Part shown: piece by piece, positions 1-12,351 of the stretch
Numbering within the stretch: the first letter of the stretch is position 1
Layout of the letters: the number at the start of each line of letters is the position of its first letter
The notes under the pieces: generated by a model
What the model saw: the letters and a program-made list of their open reading frames with translations, nothing else
What the model was told of the DNA's origin: nothing
The model's database searches: none
Source of the DNA: Takakia lepidozioides
Taxonomy: Eukaryota > Plantae > Bryophyta
Direction of reading: 5' to 3'
Length of the DNA stretch: 64,000 bases
Assembly: GCA_030704615.1 (NCBI GenBank)
Contig: CM060734.1
Span: forward strand, 11,160,001 to 11,224,000
Program-made: the position numbers and the translations under genes

Positions 1-445
1 CAGGGTGGAGAGTGTATGGAAAACCCCTCTCACTTGGTCATGATTACTTCCTTGGAGGCTGGACCAACGTACCAGGGAGCTTAGATTATTTATACATGAG
101 TGTTAACTATTTAATTCAGAGACTTGGGATGTAAAGCAATGATTACAAACTTAAGAAGATCCTGGCCCTGGAGAAACTATATTAAACTTGTGAATGCAAG
201 AAGAATCAAAGGTAGGATTGGTGAGGAGCTACGCGCCTCGAGACTATATTGTACCAGGGTGGAGAGTATATGGAAAACCCCCTCTCACTTGGTCATGTAT
301 ATTGTATTGGAGGCTGGACCAATGTACCAGGGAGCTTAGATTAATTATACATGAGTGTTCACTATTTAATTCATAGATCACTTGGGAGGCAATGATTACA
401 AATTTAAGAGGATCCTGCCCTGGAGAAACTAATTCATTGAAGACT
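1..445. repeat. Diverged tandem repeat, ~254-bp period
   Basis: cagggtggagagt(g/a)tatggaaaacccc...gagcttagatt...ggagaaact occurs at 1 and again at 255. Confidence 0.85.
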
Positions 446-515
446 CCCATTCAATATTTGCTCATGTACTAGGTGCTACCAAGTGTACCAGTGAACCACA
501 GTACCTATGTACCAT

Positions 516-770
516 CGTACCTTGAGAGGTGGCTTGGAGGCTTGCTTGGAGGCTGGCTGGAGTACACACAAGAGCTCAAGACCACCGTACCTACAACGTA
601 CCAGCGTACCTCAATACCAACGTACCTTGAGAGCTTGCTTTGGAGGCTTGCTTGGAGTCTGGCTAGAGTACGCACAAGAGCTCACCACCATACCTACAAT
701 GTGCCAGCGTACCTCAATACCAGCGTACCTTGAGAGCTTGCTTGGAGGCCTGGAGTAGGCACAAGAGCGA
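516..770. repeat. Tandem repeat, ~104-bp period, ~2.5 copies
   Basis: Units beginning cgtaccttgagag start at 516, 621 and 724. Confidence 0.85.
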
Positions 771-797
771 GGGCAACTCATAGGTTTAGGGCTTGAA

Positions 798-913
798 ACA
801 CAAGGAAGGGCCTTGGTGAGGCTACCCTAAGTCCAATAACTATTCATAATTTGTACACAAGGAAGGACCTTGGTGAGGCTACCCTAAGTCCAATAACTAT
901 TCATAATTTGTAC
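798..913. repeat. 57-bp tandem duplication
   Basis: acacaaggaagg(g/a)ccttggtgaggctaccctaagtccaataactattcataatttgt at 798 and 855. Confidence 0.9.
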
Positions 914-1120
914 CTTTCAGGCTTTGTGAGCCTCTCCGAGGTGGTCTTAGTAATAAAATTACCCCTAATTATCAAAAATTTCTGCCTTTCTTTTGACAGG
1001 CTATTTTTTTCTCGTTGCCTTTATTTTGACATGCACATTTATTTATTTTTTGCCTTTTCTTGCCTGTCAAACGCCTTGTGACAGGTGCAAAAATCAGCCT
1101 TGACGAGGGGCATTACCCTG

Positions 1121-1296
1121 CGTAAAGAACTGCCACAAAAATTTAAAAAAAAAATTAATGTCTGGTGCATTCTGCATTTTGGAATGCACTCGAGGGAGCT
1201 GATGGGGTGCATTCCGAAATGCAGAATGCACCGCGATGAATTTTGCTTTTTAACGGCACGATACATACAAAGAAAATTTTGTGGCAGTGCTTTACG
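1121..1296. repeat. Nested inverted repeat (small foldback)
   Basis: Inner 28-bp stem 1164-1191 / 1205-1232 (2 mismatches). Outer arms cgtaaagaactgccacaaaa (1121) / ttttgtggcagtgctttacg (to 1296). Confidence 0.8.
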
Positions 1297-1540
1297 TCGT
1301 TCGGATCTCCCAAACCGCGGGGCCCAACCCTAGTGCTTGGTGCGTGGAAAACCCTCGATGAGGAGGGGTGCACCGGCTTGGTCTCATAATTTTTGGACCT
1401 GCGGTGTGGGAGATATGGAATTTTGAGTACTTTTGGTCGCTGGAAATTCGGGAAAAATAGCAAAGTGACAAAATGGATATATCAATATATCAAGCCTCGA
1501 CATGGGAGATAAATAGCAAAATGGGCTTTGTTGGAACAAT

Positions 1541-1984
1541 AAAGTTATCCGTTAAGTGACCAGCCCTTCCGCCCCCTAATACATCCCCACTATACCTCTC
1601 CTCGGCACTTTACGCGTATCCAGGAAGTCATGCAGACAGAGTATCAAAACCAAAACTAGGGACGGCAGCGGGGCCACGCACAGGTCCCACACATGTTCTC
1701 CTTAAAGTCAGCGTGTATTCTCCTTAAATCAGCGTGGGCCCCGCCCCCAGCCTCATGCCCGCTTGGTTCCACGCCACGCCACGTACCCCGAGATGACAGC
1801 CAAAAACCAAACGCAGGATGAAACTCGTTTTGCTCTCATTTTGGTGCTATTTTGAGTTTGGTCCTGTCTTTTTTTTGCTTGTATTTTAATCCCCTACTCT
1901 TTTGACATTTATTGCACTTCAACCTCTCTTTTGGCCAAACTGGCCTAACTCACCCTCCATCCCCTGTACTTAACGGATAACTTT
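1541..1984. mobile_element. MITE (non-autonomous TIR element), ~444 bp
   Basis: Perfect 17-bp TIR AAAGTTATCCGTTAAGT (1541-1557) / ACTTAACGGATAACTTT (1968-1984). Flanks read as an AAT duplication, or TA if the TIR is taken as 16 bp. No ORF. Confidence 0.75.
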
Positions 1985-1995
1985 AATGACATGGA

Positions 1996-2357
1996 GATCT
2001 CCCAATATGCAGGGTCTCTGGATGCATAGGGGATTGCACTTGGACTTAGATGACAGTGGAAACTAGAGGTCGCACTTGGACCTCTACATGGGAGACACAC
2101 TTGGATACATAGGAGATTCCAGTTGGGCTTAGATTTCTGCTAATGGCACAGGCTACCCTAGGCCTAGATCTCCCAAACAGGAGGGTCTTTGGATACATAG
2201 GGCATTGCACTTGGACTTAGATGACATTGAACACTGGAGGTCGCACTTGGGCCTCTACATGGGAAAAGCACTCGGATACATAGGAGATTGCATTTGGGCT
2301 TAGATTTCAATTCTTCTCACATGGGCCAATGGCACATGCTACCCTAGGCCTAGATAG
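1996..2357. repeat. ~170-bp tandem repeat, 2 copies, possibly inside the 3' LTR of the minus-strand gypsy
   Basis: agatctccca...ggattgcacttggacttagatgaca...gctaccctaggcct at ~1996 and ~2166. Confidence 0.8.
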
Positions 2358-2573
2358 GCTTGACACCTCACTTGGCATATGAGACCAAATGACGTCCCAA
2401 CACACAAAATATAAATATAAATATCCTAAATATCCTAATTAACTAGAAGTAGGTAATTCTAGTTAACCATGACTAAAACCATGACAGCTGTCGTGCACCT
2501 AAGCATCGTGCCACAACATACATCGCTGTCCACCACACATTCTACGCACACAATCCTAGAAAACTATGCCACA

Positions 2574-2585
2574 ATTGCCCCCCTA
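2574..2585 (-). promoter_or_regulatory. Polypurine tract; 3' LTR starts TGTGG at 2573 and runs leftwards
   Basis: Minus strand AGGGGGGCAAT|TGTGGC about 250 bp after the integrase-PHD stop. Confidence 0.55.
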
Positions 2586-2829
2586 GCTGGTGATTAGGTC
2601 CCTCTAACACCAGATAGCTGACAAGTATCCATCCAAACAAAATCATCGTTTGGTCGTCAATCGCCAAAGTCCCAATATCTGAAGTCGATAGATTAGGAGG
2701 CCGGGTGCAAAAGTAGCCCCATCGTTAGTCGCGTTCCTACAATCCATGGCTGTCACTGGGGTATCTATGGCGTTGAACTCCTACTAGCTAGACCTTGGGT
2801 CCTTGTCAACCTCACCATTGTCATGCCCA

Positions 2830-3984
2830 CTACCTCAGTCCAAGGCATCGTGGACACAACCATTCCCCGCTAGGAACCTCCTCAAGTGGTGGTGTTAAGC
2901 ATCCTAGGTGCCAACCCCTTGAGCATTTGTCACACACCAACATGGTTGTGGCACCACCAGCATGCCTACATAACATGCAACGCAACCCTGCAGGTACCAC
3001 TGCAAGGTTGGGATCTATCCTCCCATCCACATGTAGAATGTGACATGGCGCACAATTGCGCAGACGGTCCTTCCATATCATGCCATCTCAACCCTCTAGA
3101 ATCAACACTCCTGAAGGCAACACCTCCCGTACCCGTAGAATCACACGCCCTGCTGTGACATCCAAGGTCGTAGGTGTTGTCTGCTGCAGAAATAGTCCCC
3201 AGGGTTGAATCTCCGAACACCGGGTCGACACGCCTCCACGTATGGTGACATACCTCAATGTGTCTCGGTGTTGGGCAATAGCAAGGTTATCAAAAGCCAT
3301 AGGCATGACTTTCTTGAACAACTTTGTCCGCTGGTCACACGCTTGTGTCCACACATCCTCAAGGTCGAGGATTACCGCAGCCTCCCTGCGAATAGATGTA
3401 GGCAAATCTGGCTCTCGGCCAAAGAAAAGGAAATAAGGCGAGAACGAGGCAATTTATGCTTGCTTGCTAAACCTGTAGCCCATGGCCAACCAAGGTTGCT
3501 TGAGGTCCCAATCTCCCAAGTGTCCATTCTGCAAGCCATACTTGCGCAAGCCCCTTTTGACTGTTTGCACAACCCTATCTGCCAAGCCATCAGCCTCGGG
3601 ATGATCCCGAGAAGTAGTGCGGTGATCTTTCAAGGCTTGCTCACACAAAGCCTGAAACTCTCCCATGAATTCTCTACCTTGATGTGTGAGTACCTCGGCT
3701 GGAGCACCAAATTGGCTAAGCTCTCGATCTAAGAATGCATACGCAGCTCCCTCACTAGCCTTGTCAGGCAGAGCCACCAATTCAATCCATTTGGAGAAGT
3801 GTTCCACCATCACCAGCACATACTTATTATAACGAATCGTTAGTGACAATGGGCCTGCGAAGTCAAGACTCCAACGATAGCCCAAACCCATAATGGGTAA
3901 ATGATGCAATTGTGGGGTAGGTGCATTGAAGGAAACACGCACCCTATCACACACCATGCACTTTGGGTAACACTTATAAAGCAC
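2830..3984 (-). pseudogene. Ty3/gypsy integrase core followed by a C-terminal PHD finger (frameshifted)
   Basis: CMVCDR; WSLDFAGP...VEHFSKW...HQGREF...DGLADRVVQTVK; then CMLC...MLVCDKCSRGWHLGCLTPPLEEVPSGEWLCPRC (C4HC3). Confidence 0.9.
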
Positions 3985-4037
3985 CTCATGCGAGTGTAAG
4001 CCTCCCGCAAACTCTCAGTAGGCGTGCGCTAGATCTC

Positions 4038-4700
4038 TTACAAGCTCCGCAACTTCTCTGTCCTCACCCCCTGGTAGTTCATTCTCAACTCTTGGGAGCA
4101 CTCCACAACCGGGTTGAAGGCAAGCAGTACGGTTGTTGGTGTTGCGGCAGGAGCTGGAGTGGATGTCCCAACTCCTAATACACTTGTTCCACTGCTACTT
4201 GCAGAAGCTGCTGGTGTAGCTACTGATGTGGTCATCGTGGATCTTGCCACTGTGCCTCTAGTGATAGAGACGTAATTAGGTGACCAATATTGTCGCCACT
4301 CCTCAATCTGTACCTCATGTCCCTACCTAAACTCATGGTAATCATCCATGGGCGGCCCCTCAAGGTGCTGGAATAGCCACTTCCACGCCATAAAGGGCGT
4401 AAACAGTTGTGGATTGCACATGTGCTGCAAATCACACCAACTATCAAACTCCTATATGAAGTCATCAAGCTCGATGGTGCCCATAGCTCCAGAGTACCTA
4501 CGTGGCCCCTTGGTAGCTGATCCATACATCTCCTCCATCGTGTCCCACAACAATGGCACGGAAATGGCTTGCACCCTCGGCGAGAATCCTTCTGACTCCG
4601 AGTCTGAACTTTCCTCAGAAGACACTGAAGGTGAAGGTGGCCTGAACCGCACACCTCGTCTTGTATACCCACTAGTATCGCTAGTGTTTATACCGACACT
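4038..4700 (-). pseudogene. Probable gag N-terminal fragment between two integrase copies
   Basis: RRYSGAMGTIELDDFI*EFDSWCD...LFQHLEGPPMDDY resembles the start of a retrotransposon capsid domain. Junction with integrase lies just after LDVTAG (~4710). Confidence 0.45.
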
Positions 4701-4704
4701 GATT

Positions 4705-7366
4705 ACAAGTCCCGCAGTAACATCCAAGGGTAATCTGCTGCAAATAAACATAGTCACTAGGGCTAAACCTCCGGACCCCATGACGATATCCTCCACCACG
4801 TATAGTGGCATACCTCAACGTATCACGGTGCTGCGCAATGGCAAGGTTCTCAAAAGCCATGGGCATGACTTTCTTGAACAACTCTGCACGCTGATCACAT
4901 GCACGTACCCACACGTCCGGATCGTCAAAGTTAAGGACTTGAGCAGTGTCCCTACGAATGGCTGCAGACAAATCCGGCTCTTGGCCAAAGAGAAGGAAAT
5001 ATGGTGAGAAGGAGGCAAGTGATGCTTGCTTGCTGAACTTGTAGCCCATGCCTAACCAAGGTACCTGAAGATCCCAATCTCATAGGTATCCCTTCTGCAA
5101 GTCATACTTACGCAAACCCCTCTTCACCGTCTGTACAACTCTCTCTGCCAAGCTATCGGCCTCGGGATGATTCCGAGAAGTGGTGTGGTGGTTTATCAAG
5201 GCCTTATCACACAATGCCTGAAACTCTTCCAAGAACTCTCTCCCTTGGTCTATAAGTACCTCAGCTGGCGCACTGAATCGGCTAAGCACACGATCCAAGA
5301 ATGCATATGCAATCCCCTCTAGCCTTGTCAGGCAATAGAACCAACTCAATCCACTTGGAGAAGTGCTCCACCATCACCAATGCATATCTGTGGTGGCGCA
5401 TCGTCGGTGGCAACGGTCCTGCGAAGTCAAGACTCCACTTGTAGCCCAACCCATGATCGGAAGAGGATGCAATTGTGGTGTAGGGGCGTTGAATGAAGCA
5501 CGCACCCTGTCACACACCATGCACATAGCCACAAACTATTGCACCTCTATGTGCATACCACGCCACCAATACTGCCCCTGCAGTAGACTATGAGTGTGTC
5601 GCACTCTAAAATGCCCCAACTCCTCACGGGCATGCCGCACTAACCGTGCACGATGTGTTGGATGAGGCACAATCCTCACCCGACCATCCTCCCATATTCA
5701 TAGCAGGTGTGTCCCCTCCTACTTTAACCTATTGGCTCGTTGCAAGATCTGATCCCTCTCCTTGGCAATTACAGTGGCTGCTATGTCTCCAGTGCGGGGT
5801 AGTCCAACACAGCTGAATCATCATGCATATCTCTAGCACCACCTGGCTCATCACTAGCCTCCTGGGGTCTTCAGACACTCCATCTACAGTCATCCCTGTT
5901 GTAGGTCCTTGATCTGGGCTCCCGCTGCTAAGATACACAGAAATGCAGATGCGTGTCATCCCGACATCATCTCCTCGTCCGTCTCACCATGCCACCGAGC
6001 TCCAGTGTCATCCTGCTGGCTTATACATGGATTGCAACTCAATCCATCCGCATCCCGATTGACCAAACCCGGTCGATGCACCACCTGAAAGTCATACTCT
6101 TGGAGTATGAGTGCCCACCGTGCAAGTTTCCCCGTAAGCTTGTCTGACTCCATCAATGGCAGGTGATCCGTGACAAGGGTGAAGAGATTCCCGTATAGAT
6201 AGCACCCGAAGTGTGCCACGGCCCATACCGCAGCTAAGCACTCTCCCTCATATGAGCTATACTTAGCCTCTGCAATATTGTTTGAGCGGCTAGCATAAGC
6301 CACTACAAATTCTCTTCCCTCATCATCCACCTGTGTAAGCACTGCTCCAATCCGTATGCAGCTGAAATGGACGCCCCTTAATAGGTCGTCTCAAGATAGG
6401 CACCGAAGTCAACCTCGCCTTGAGTTCCTGAAAAGCTCGTTCTTGCTCATCTTCCCACTGCCACTCCTGGTCCACCTTGGTCAGCTTGGTTAGAGCCTTT
6501 GCAATAGCACTAAATCCCTTGACAAACCGTCTATAATAGTTTGCCAACCCCATGAAAGCTCGAACTCAGCTCACATCTGTGGGGCGTGGAATCTGTGCGA
6601 TGGCCTTTACCTTAGCCTGCTGTACCCCCAATCCTCCAGGATATATCATGTGACCCAGATATTCAATCTGGTTGTGGAAAAACTTGCACTTTCCCGGATG
6701 TAACGTCAATCCGTGCGCTCTCAAGCGCTCAAATACCACCTGAAGGTGTCTCTCATGCTCCTCCATTGTAGCACTGAAGATGATGATGTCATCTATGTAG
6801 CACCAAACAAACTCCACCCCTGCTAGAATCTTGTCCATGACTATTTGGAACTCTGCAAGAACATTCTTAAGCCTGAATGGTAAGAACCGCCACTGGTATA
6901 GACAATCCTTGCCGTGCTCATTGATCCCCCAAAATGTCGTCTTTTGCTTGTTCGCCTTCTTGATCGGTAACTGGTGATATTTGGATCGTAAATCCAAAGT
7001 GATAAAGACCTTAGCATGCCCAATGGCATCAAATATCTCCTCCGGTGTGGGCATGACATATTTATCGGACTTGGTCTGACGCTGTACAGGCCGGTAATCA
7101 CCGCACATACGTCTCTCCGTCCAATTGCCATGGACATCCTTCTTGGCTGACATCACTGTGGCTGAAGCATACTCTCCACCAGAGAGCTCCATCAATCCAG
7201 CCTCCCAGAGGTCTTGAGTCCTCATATGAATCAAAGACGTCTCCATGTCACTATATCTATAGGGTCTCTGAAAGATTGGCGTGTCAGTGGCCAACTCAAT
7301 CTCTTGACCCTTCAGTGCTCCCAAGTCCTTCAAAATGAAGGCAAAGCAATTCTTGTAAAACCTCAA
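4705..7366 (-). pseudogene. Ty3/gypsy pol: RT, RNase H, integrase (degenerate, 5'-truncated)
   Basis: RMCGDYR...YIDDIIIFS...GKCKFF (RT); LHTDWS, VAYASR, EGECLA, LVTDH, KLARWAL, NRDADGLS (RNase H); IDQGREF...LAERVVQTVK (integrase). RT-RH-INT order is gypsy. Confidence 0.95.
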
Positions 7367-7383
7367 GAACCGTTGTATACGTC

Positions 7384-8828
7384 TGTAGATGCATATATTG
7401 GTACACTTTTCTTTTCAGATCGTTTTTGATCATAAGACAAGCGGTTTCGGCATTGTACTGCCAAAATAGGTTAGTTTGTTACTTATCTGGAAATCGTTGG
7501 TAAAGCACGTAGGAAATTAGACAGTGTCTGCAACGACCATGTAGTGGAACTCTAGCGTCAAGATGACCGTAGGAAGCTGCATTGACAGCAGATTAGGCTG
7601 CCAATTCGGTACCAGAAATGGCGAGTTAATCATGTTCGAACAATACAGGACGACTGTTCCAGTCCCAGATTGCGATCTCTCTTTTCTCCCGCCTTTCAAG
7701 TCTAGTAGGAACACACGGCGAGGAGCTTGGCAATTGGTGGAAGCGACATGTATAGCGATGAAATATCGCAACAAAGCAATTGGCCGCATCGGAATGACAG
7801 CAGGTCAGGACGACTTCAAACGGCGAAGAGTGGACTTGTTCGCGGTGCGGGACAACTGGAGTGGACTCCGGACAACCTATGACTCAGTGACAGGGTCAAG
7901 GATCCCAGAGCCATCACCAGGGATTTGATTTCCAAAAATACCACAAAATCTGTGTAGAGCGAAAATACGACGAATTGCAAGAAGTGCAACTTTTTACCAC
8001 TGATGGAGCTGAGAATTTACAAGCTGATACGGGGTATATAATTGTAGTTTTTCACCAAGTTTGGTGATTTATGGAGCTGATTAGCAGTGGGGCCAAATTA
8101 TTGAGTCGACGGCACTCACAAGGCCTATTATTTGCATTTCTACTTCTTGGATGGATGAAAATCCTGGAATTCGCCTCGAGGAGCTGGATGGATGAAATGA
8201 CAACTCGTGCCAACTGGTCATCCAATTGGATGGATGAAAATCCAGCTTTCATTTGCCTCTAAGACTTTTCATCCATGTGGAATAGTATATTATAGATCCT
8301 CCAAGGAAACAATAGTTTAATGAATATTTTCCATTAGTCTATTAAGCCCAACAACAGTATAAAAGAGGGGCAATGCTTCTCTTCTTCTTCATCTAGCTCA
8401 TTTGCTTAGTTTCCTCTTGCTTGTTGTTGTAGTGCTTGATAATTTTGGCTTGAGGAGGGGCTAGATCCTAGGGAGTGGAGCTTGAAACTCCCTAGTTAGG
8501 TAGGATTCTTGTAAGCTAAGGCAAGTGGCCTAGTTTGTGGGCCTTTGAGCCATTTTCATTTGTGAAGGAAGATTTCATGGGCAATTTCATGTGGAGGAAA
8601 GTGACTTGAGGACGAGTAGGAGGGGCTGGTATGGACTTATGGACGAGAGCCCAAGTGGAGGCCGCATAGAGTACCATTACTTGAGTCGATAGAGCATCCC
8701 AAGCACTCTCGCATAGAAAGGTTGATCCCATCTTACCATTTCACCATTTGTGTATGTGATTCATTTATTTTCCAAGCAAAGCTTGAAGTTGAAAATCTGA
8801 TTTAGGCTCTTCAAAAGAGGAGAGTGCA
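7384..8828. repeat. 1.45-kb dispersed repeat R, copy 1 (LTR-associated, contains TATAAAAG)
   Basis: Collinear with 30346-31798 from tgtagatgcata to gaggagagtgca. Confidence 0.9.
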
Positions 8829-9303
8829 TTGTGGAATCCCATTATTTCATGTCTAGAAGTGACAAGGGGAAGACCCCCATAGTCTATTGGGAAGGGCACC
8901 AATAGAGGGCTTGCATTTGAATTGTTCGAAAAAGGAATCTTTGTGTTTGATCACTAATTTGAAATATAGCCAGCTCTGGCAAAGGCAGGCCAGTAGGCTG
9001 GATCTATGATATAAGGCCACTATAAGGCCACTATGTGCTAAACCCCCCCCCCCCCCCCCACTAGCAAGCCATGGAGGCCTAGGGAGGGTGGGTTGTATTT
9101 TTTGTCTTGGGGTTTGGCGGGCTAATTTCGTTTGACAGCAGCTGCCCCAAAGTCGCGAGCAGCCCGGGAGGAACCCGGGTGCTGCGCCTAGAGAGTAGGG
9201 ACTCGATTACTAAAAGCGTGGAGGCAGCCGTGGCCCAGCCACGACGTACGGGAGCGGGGCCCCAGGTCGCACTGAGATCAAGTACATCAGCCGCGTGGCT
9301 CAG

Positions 9304-10759
9304 GCGTGAGGCCCTAAAGCGTGCGAGCAGGGTGCGGGTCTTTACCCGCTGGATAACCAAAAGTTGAGACAGACCGGCGGACGCTGGCATTAACCGCAGC
9401 GGTCCACGGCTTGGACCGCTACGCGCGGATCTGCGCCCCGCCACGTGGTGGGGGCGTTTTACCAGCGGGCAATGCGTCTGCAAATTCCCTTAAAGGGGGT
9501 ATTCTTACCTTTAGCTATTAGATTCAATTTATACCCCTCTAAGGGTTATGACCATTATCTAAGGCGCCAATGGTAGATAAAATCTAGGATTTTGGGAGGA
9601 TGTAGCCTTGGAGGGGAGCGTTCTTAGGACTCCAAGAGAGAGCCAAGCGGGCCTGGGAGCAGTGAGCTAGAGGCGGAGACCTCGAGAGACAAGGGATGAG
9701 AGAAAGTACTTTGTCCTAAAAACTCGGCTACAGTGAGTCTTTGTGTCAGAGCTCAAGGTAGAGGATGACTTTTTCCACAGATGGAAAGTGCACCAACACC
9801 TTAAAATAATGTAAGGGGGTGAAATCTGGCTTGGACCCACCAATGGTTATTTTATTATTTACGCATGCATGTTCTGGACTAACGAATGTAGTGGCAGGGA
9901 TGAGCTCTCAGCGAGATTCATTCATCCGATAGAGCCGCGGCAGTTCCCTGCGGCAGGGAACGGTTTCCGGGTGTTCCTCGGTTCTCATTGGGTTCCCACA
10001 GGGTTCCCAAGGGCATCTTTAGGCGCCAAGGGTATCTTTGGATTCCCCACATGATTTCCCATAGGGGAGGTATTTTTTTCGAATTTTCTTAATTTCTTTT
10101 ATTTTCCAGCATTTCTGATTTGCGAAATTGCTTCAATAGGATAGATGCACGTGGTGCTCGTTATGGCCTGCAGGGCGTTGATTAAACTGATTGGACTTGT
10201 TGAGTTGAGGGGCTTAGAACCACCTTATTGAACTTGGTGAACCTATTGAACGACGATAGGCCTTTTGGCCACTCCTTTGCTAAAACAAAGTATTTAGACA
10301 CTGGGGTAGGAAGCGTTGGCCCTTCCATTAGAGGTGACTTGAACTCAACCCTCGGCGAAGGAGGGGCATTGGGAGAGGAAGATTTTCCCTCTTCTTCCTA
10401 GGCTCGGCATGTGCCTTGTGAAGGGATTAAAACATGTCCCGGCTATAGGCGGCTCGGGGGCCTAGGCGGTAGGAATTAGACAATAAAACACAAAGACTTG
10501 GAAGGCAGTTACTGAGTAGATTGTAGGATACCGTAGGACTTATAAACGCAAACTCGCCCTGTGAAGAGGAGTACGTGATTTCTCTTTGCCGGTAGGACTT
10601 AGATAGTGATCATAGCCACCATGTACGACCACAGACCCCTTGCACTAACCGCAGTCGGGTAGGCGGTTCAGTGAGCCCAACCTACACCGCAATTTATCAC
10701 GACCCCCCTAGACTACTATGTCGTCACCCTGACCGCGCGCGCTCAGGGCTCGTCATATG
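9304..10759 (+). mobile_element. LTR of gypsy family A, copy 1 (5' boundary uncertain)
   Basis: Collinear with 23441-24869 and with the inverted copy 35940-37031; immediately followed by a PBS. Confidence 0.85.
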
Positions 10760-10761
10760 AA

Positions 10762-10779
10762 TGGTGCGTCTGCCGGGAG
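10762..10779 (+). promoter_or_regulatory. Primer-binding site complementary to tRNA-Gly(UCC)
   Basis: TGGTGCGTCTGCCGGGAG is the reverse complement of CTCCCGGCAGACGCACCA, recalled as the 3' end of plant tRNA-Gly(UCC). Confidence 0.8.
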
Positions 10780-12351
10780 GTAAGTGAATAGTCAGGACTC
10801 CTTGTATTCCGAATAAAAGGAGAATTGGACCTTTGTCATTCTCCTTTGGGATTTTTGTTCTTTCATTTTTAATTGACGTTTTATGTTTTGACTCGGACAT
10901 GAAAAGACCGAGTGAACCAATAGGTACATCTAGATAGATTTCTCGCATTTGAGTTAAGCACAGGGCTAACCACATGGAGAATTTTGAGTGGCAGTATGGC
11001 TGCACCATTGGCACTCCCTCGTCGGGAGCATTTTTTTGAGTACCGGGTGCGTTGTGTCGCACCATCACCGACACCCTGCTGTACATGCGCAGTAGGGTCG
11101 CTAGGCGTTCCGCTCCATTGAGGGAGTTCACCCTCTATTTGCGGACATCGCCCCGCTTTCGTGGATTGGTTGATTGGAGTCGGCCCAGGAGAGGACAGAG
11201 TCGAGAGTGAGCACCTCCCCCACCCAAGGAGGGCCTGCCGACCATTCTTGCCTCCTCGGTACTATCACCGGGGAACCACGTCATCAGCCCTTATTCGTGA
11301 GTTGATTTCATCTGGTTCATTAACCCTGCTAGGCACAGTTAGAGATCGGCCAGCAGAGAGTTCTTTTGTTGCATCACATGTTGTAGCTCGTAGGACACTG
11401 CCACCGGTCCTAGTTCGGTCAGTAGTTTTTTCTTTTGGTCTGAGAGTCCCTTTGGCGCAGTTGCCTCGTTTACCGCCCCGGGTGGTATATGCCACCTCTT
11501 CAGTAGAGAGTGCCCCAAGTGGACCTACTGAGTACACTTCCTCGGAGGAGGAAGGGGACGATCCTGCCACCAGTAACCGTCCTAGGGAGTCAGATTAGAG
11601 GTTTTGTTCGTGGAACTCCTACTAGAGGGGTCCGGACCTCATTTGCTTTGAGTGCTGAGGAGTATGGTAGCGGCGTGCGGTTGAGCACCATTGTACCAAA
11701 CCGGCACCGTTACATGGTATGATTGCTTATGACAGGACTAACACAAGTGTAGAAGTGGGTCACTAATAAGCCAGCGTAGTACACCATTTGGGATGTCCTT
11801 TGATGAGAAAGTTAAACGCATCCGGCACCGGTTCTTCCATACACCACGGTCTACCCGAGAATGGATCGAAGAGTATATTCGGTACCTGGGTGAAAAGAAG
11901 GTGCATAAGAAACGATGGATCGATGAACGAGTTTGGAACACCCAAACTCTACCCGACGGCACCACTCAGAATTTTTACTGGTGTCCAAATAGATTTGTAT
12001 TCTTGGGTTGTTCCTGTCCAGGCATTTACTTAGGCGCATTACACCCGAGGTCGTCGTTTGTAGCCCACCTAAGGTGGCAAGTTGATTTCTTTACTCACTG
12101 TGAGTCTTGTCAGTTCTTCGCACACCAGCATCTGATACTCTGATCAGAATGCTCGCATTGTGAAGGACCGTGGCCCATTGGGTATCCTTTAATGCACCAT
12201 AGATTGCACACTGACGTGCCTCCATCACCAAGGTTCCATGGAAGGTATTTAAATCTGACCTCGTTTATTCTTGACATGGTTGTTCAAGGTAATATAGGTC
12301 CTTTAGTACAAGCTGAGGTAGGAGAATCCTCATCAACACAGCAGTGAATGT

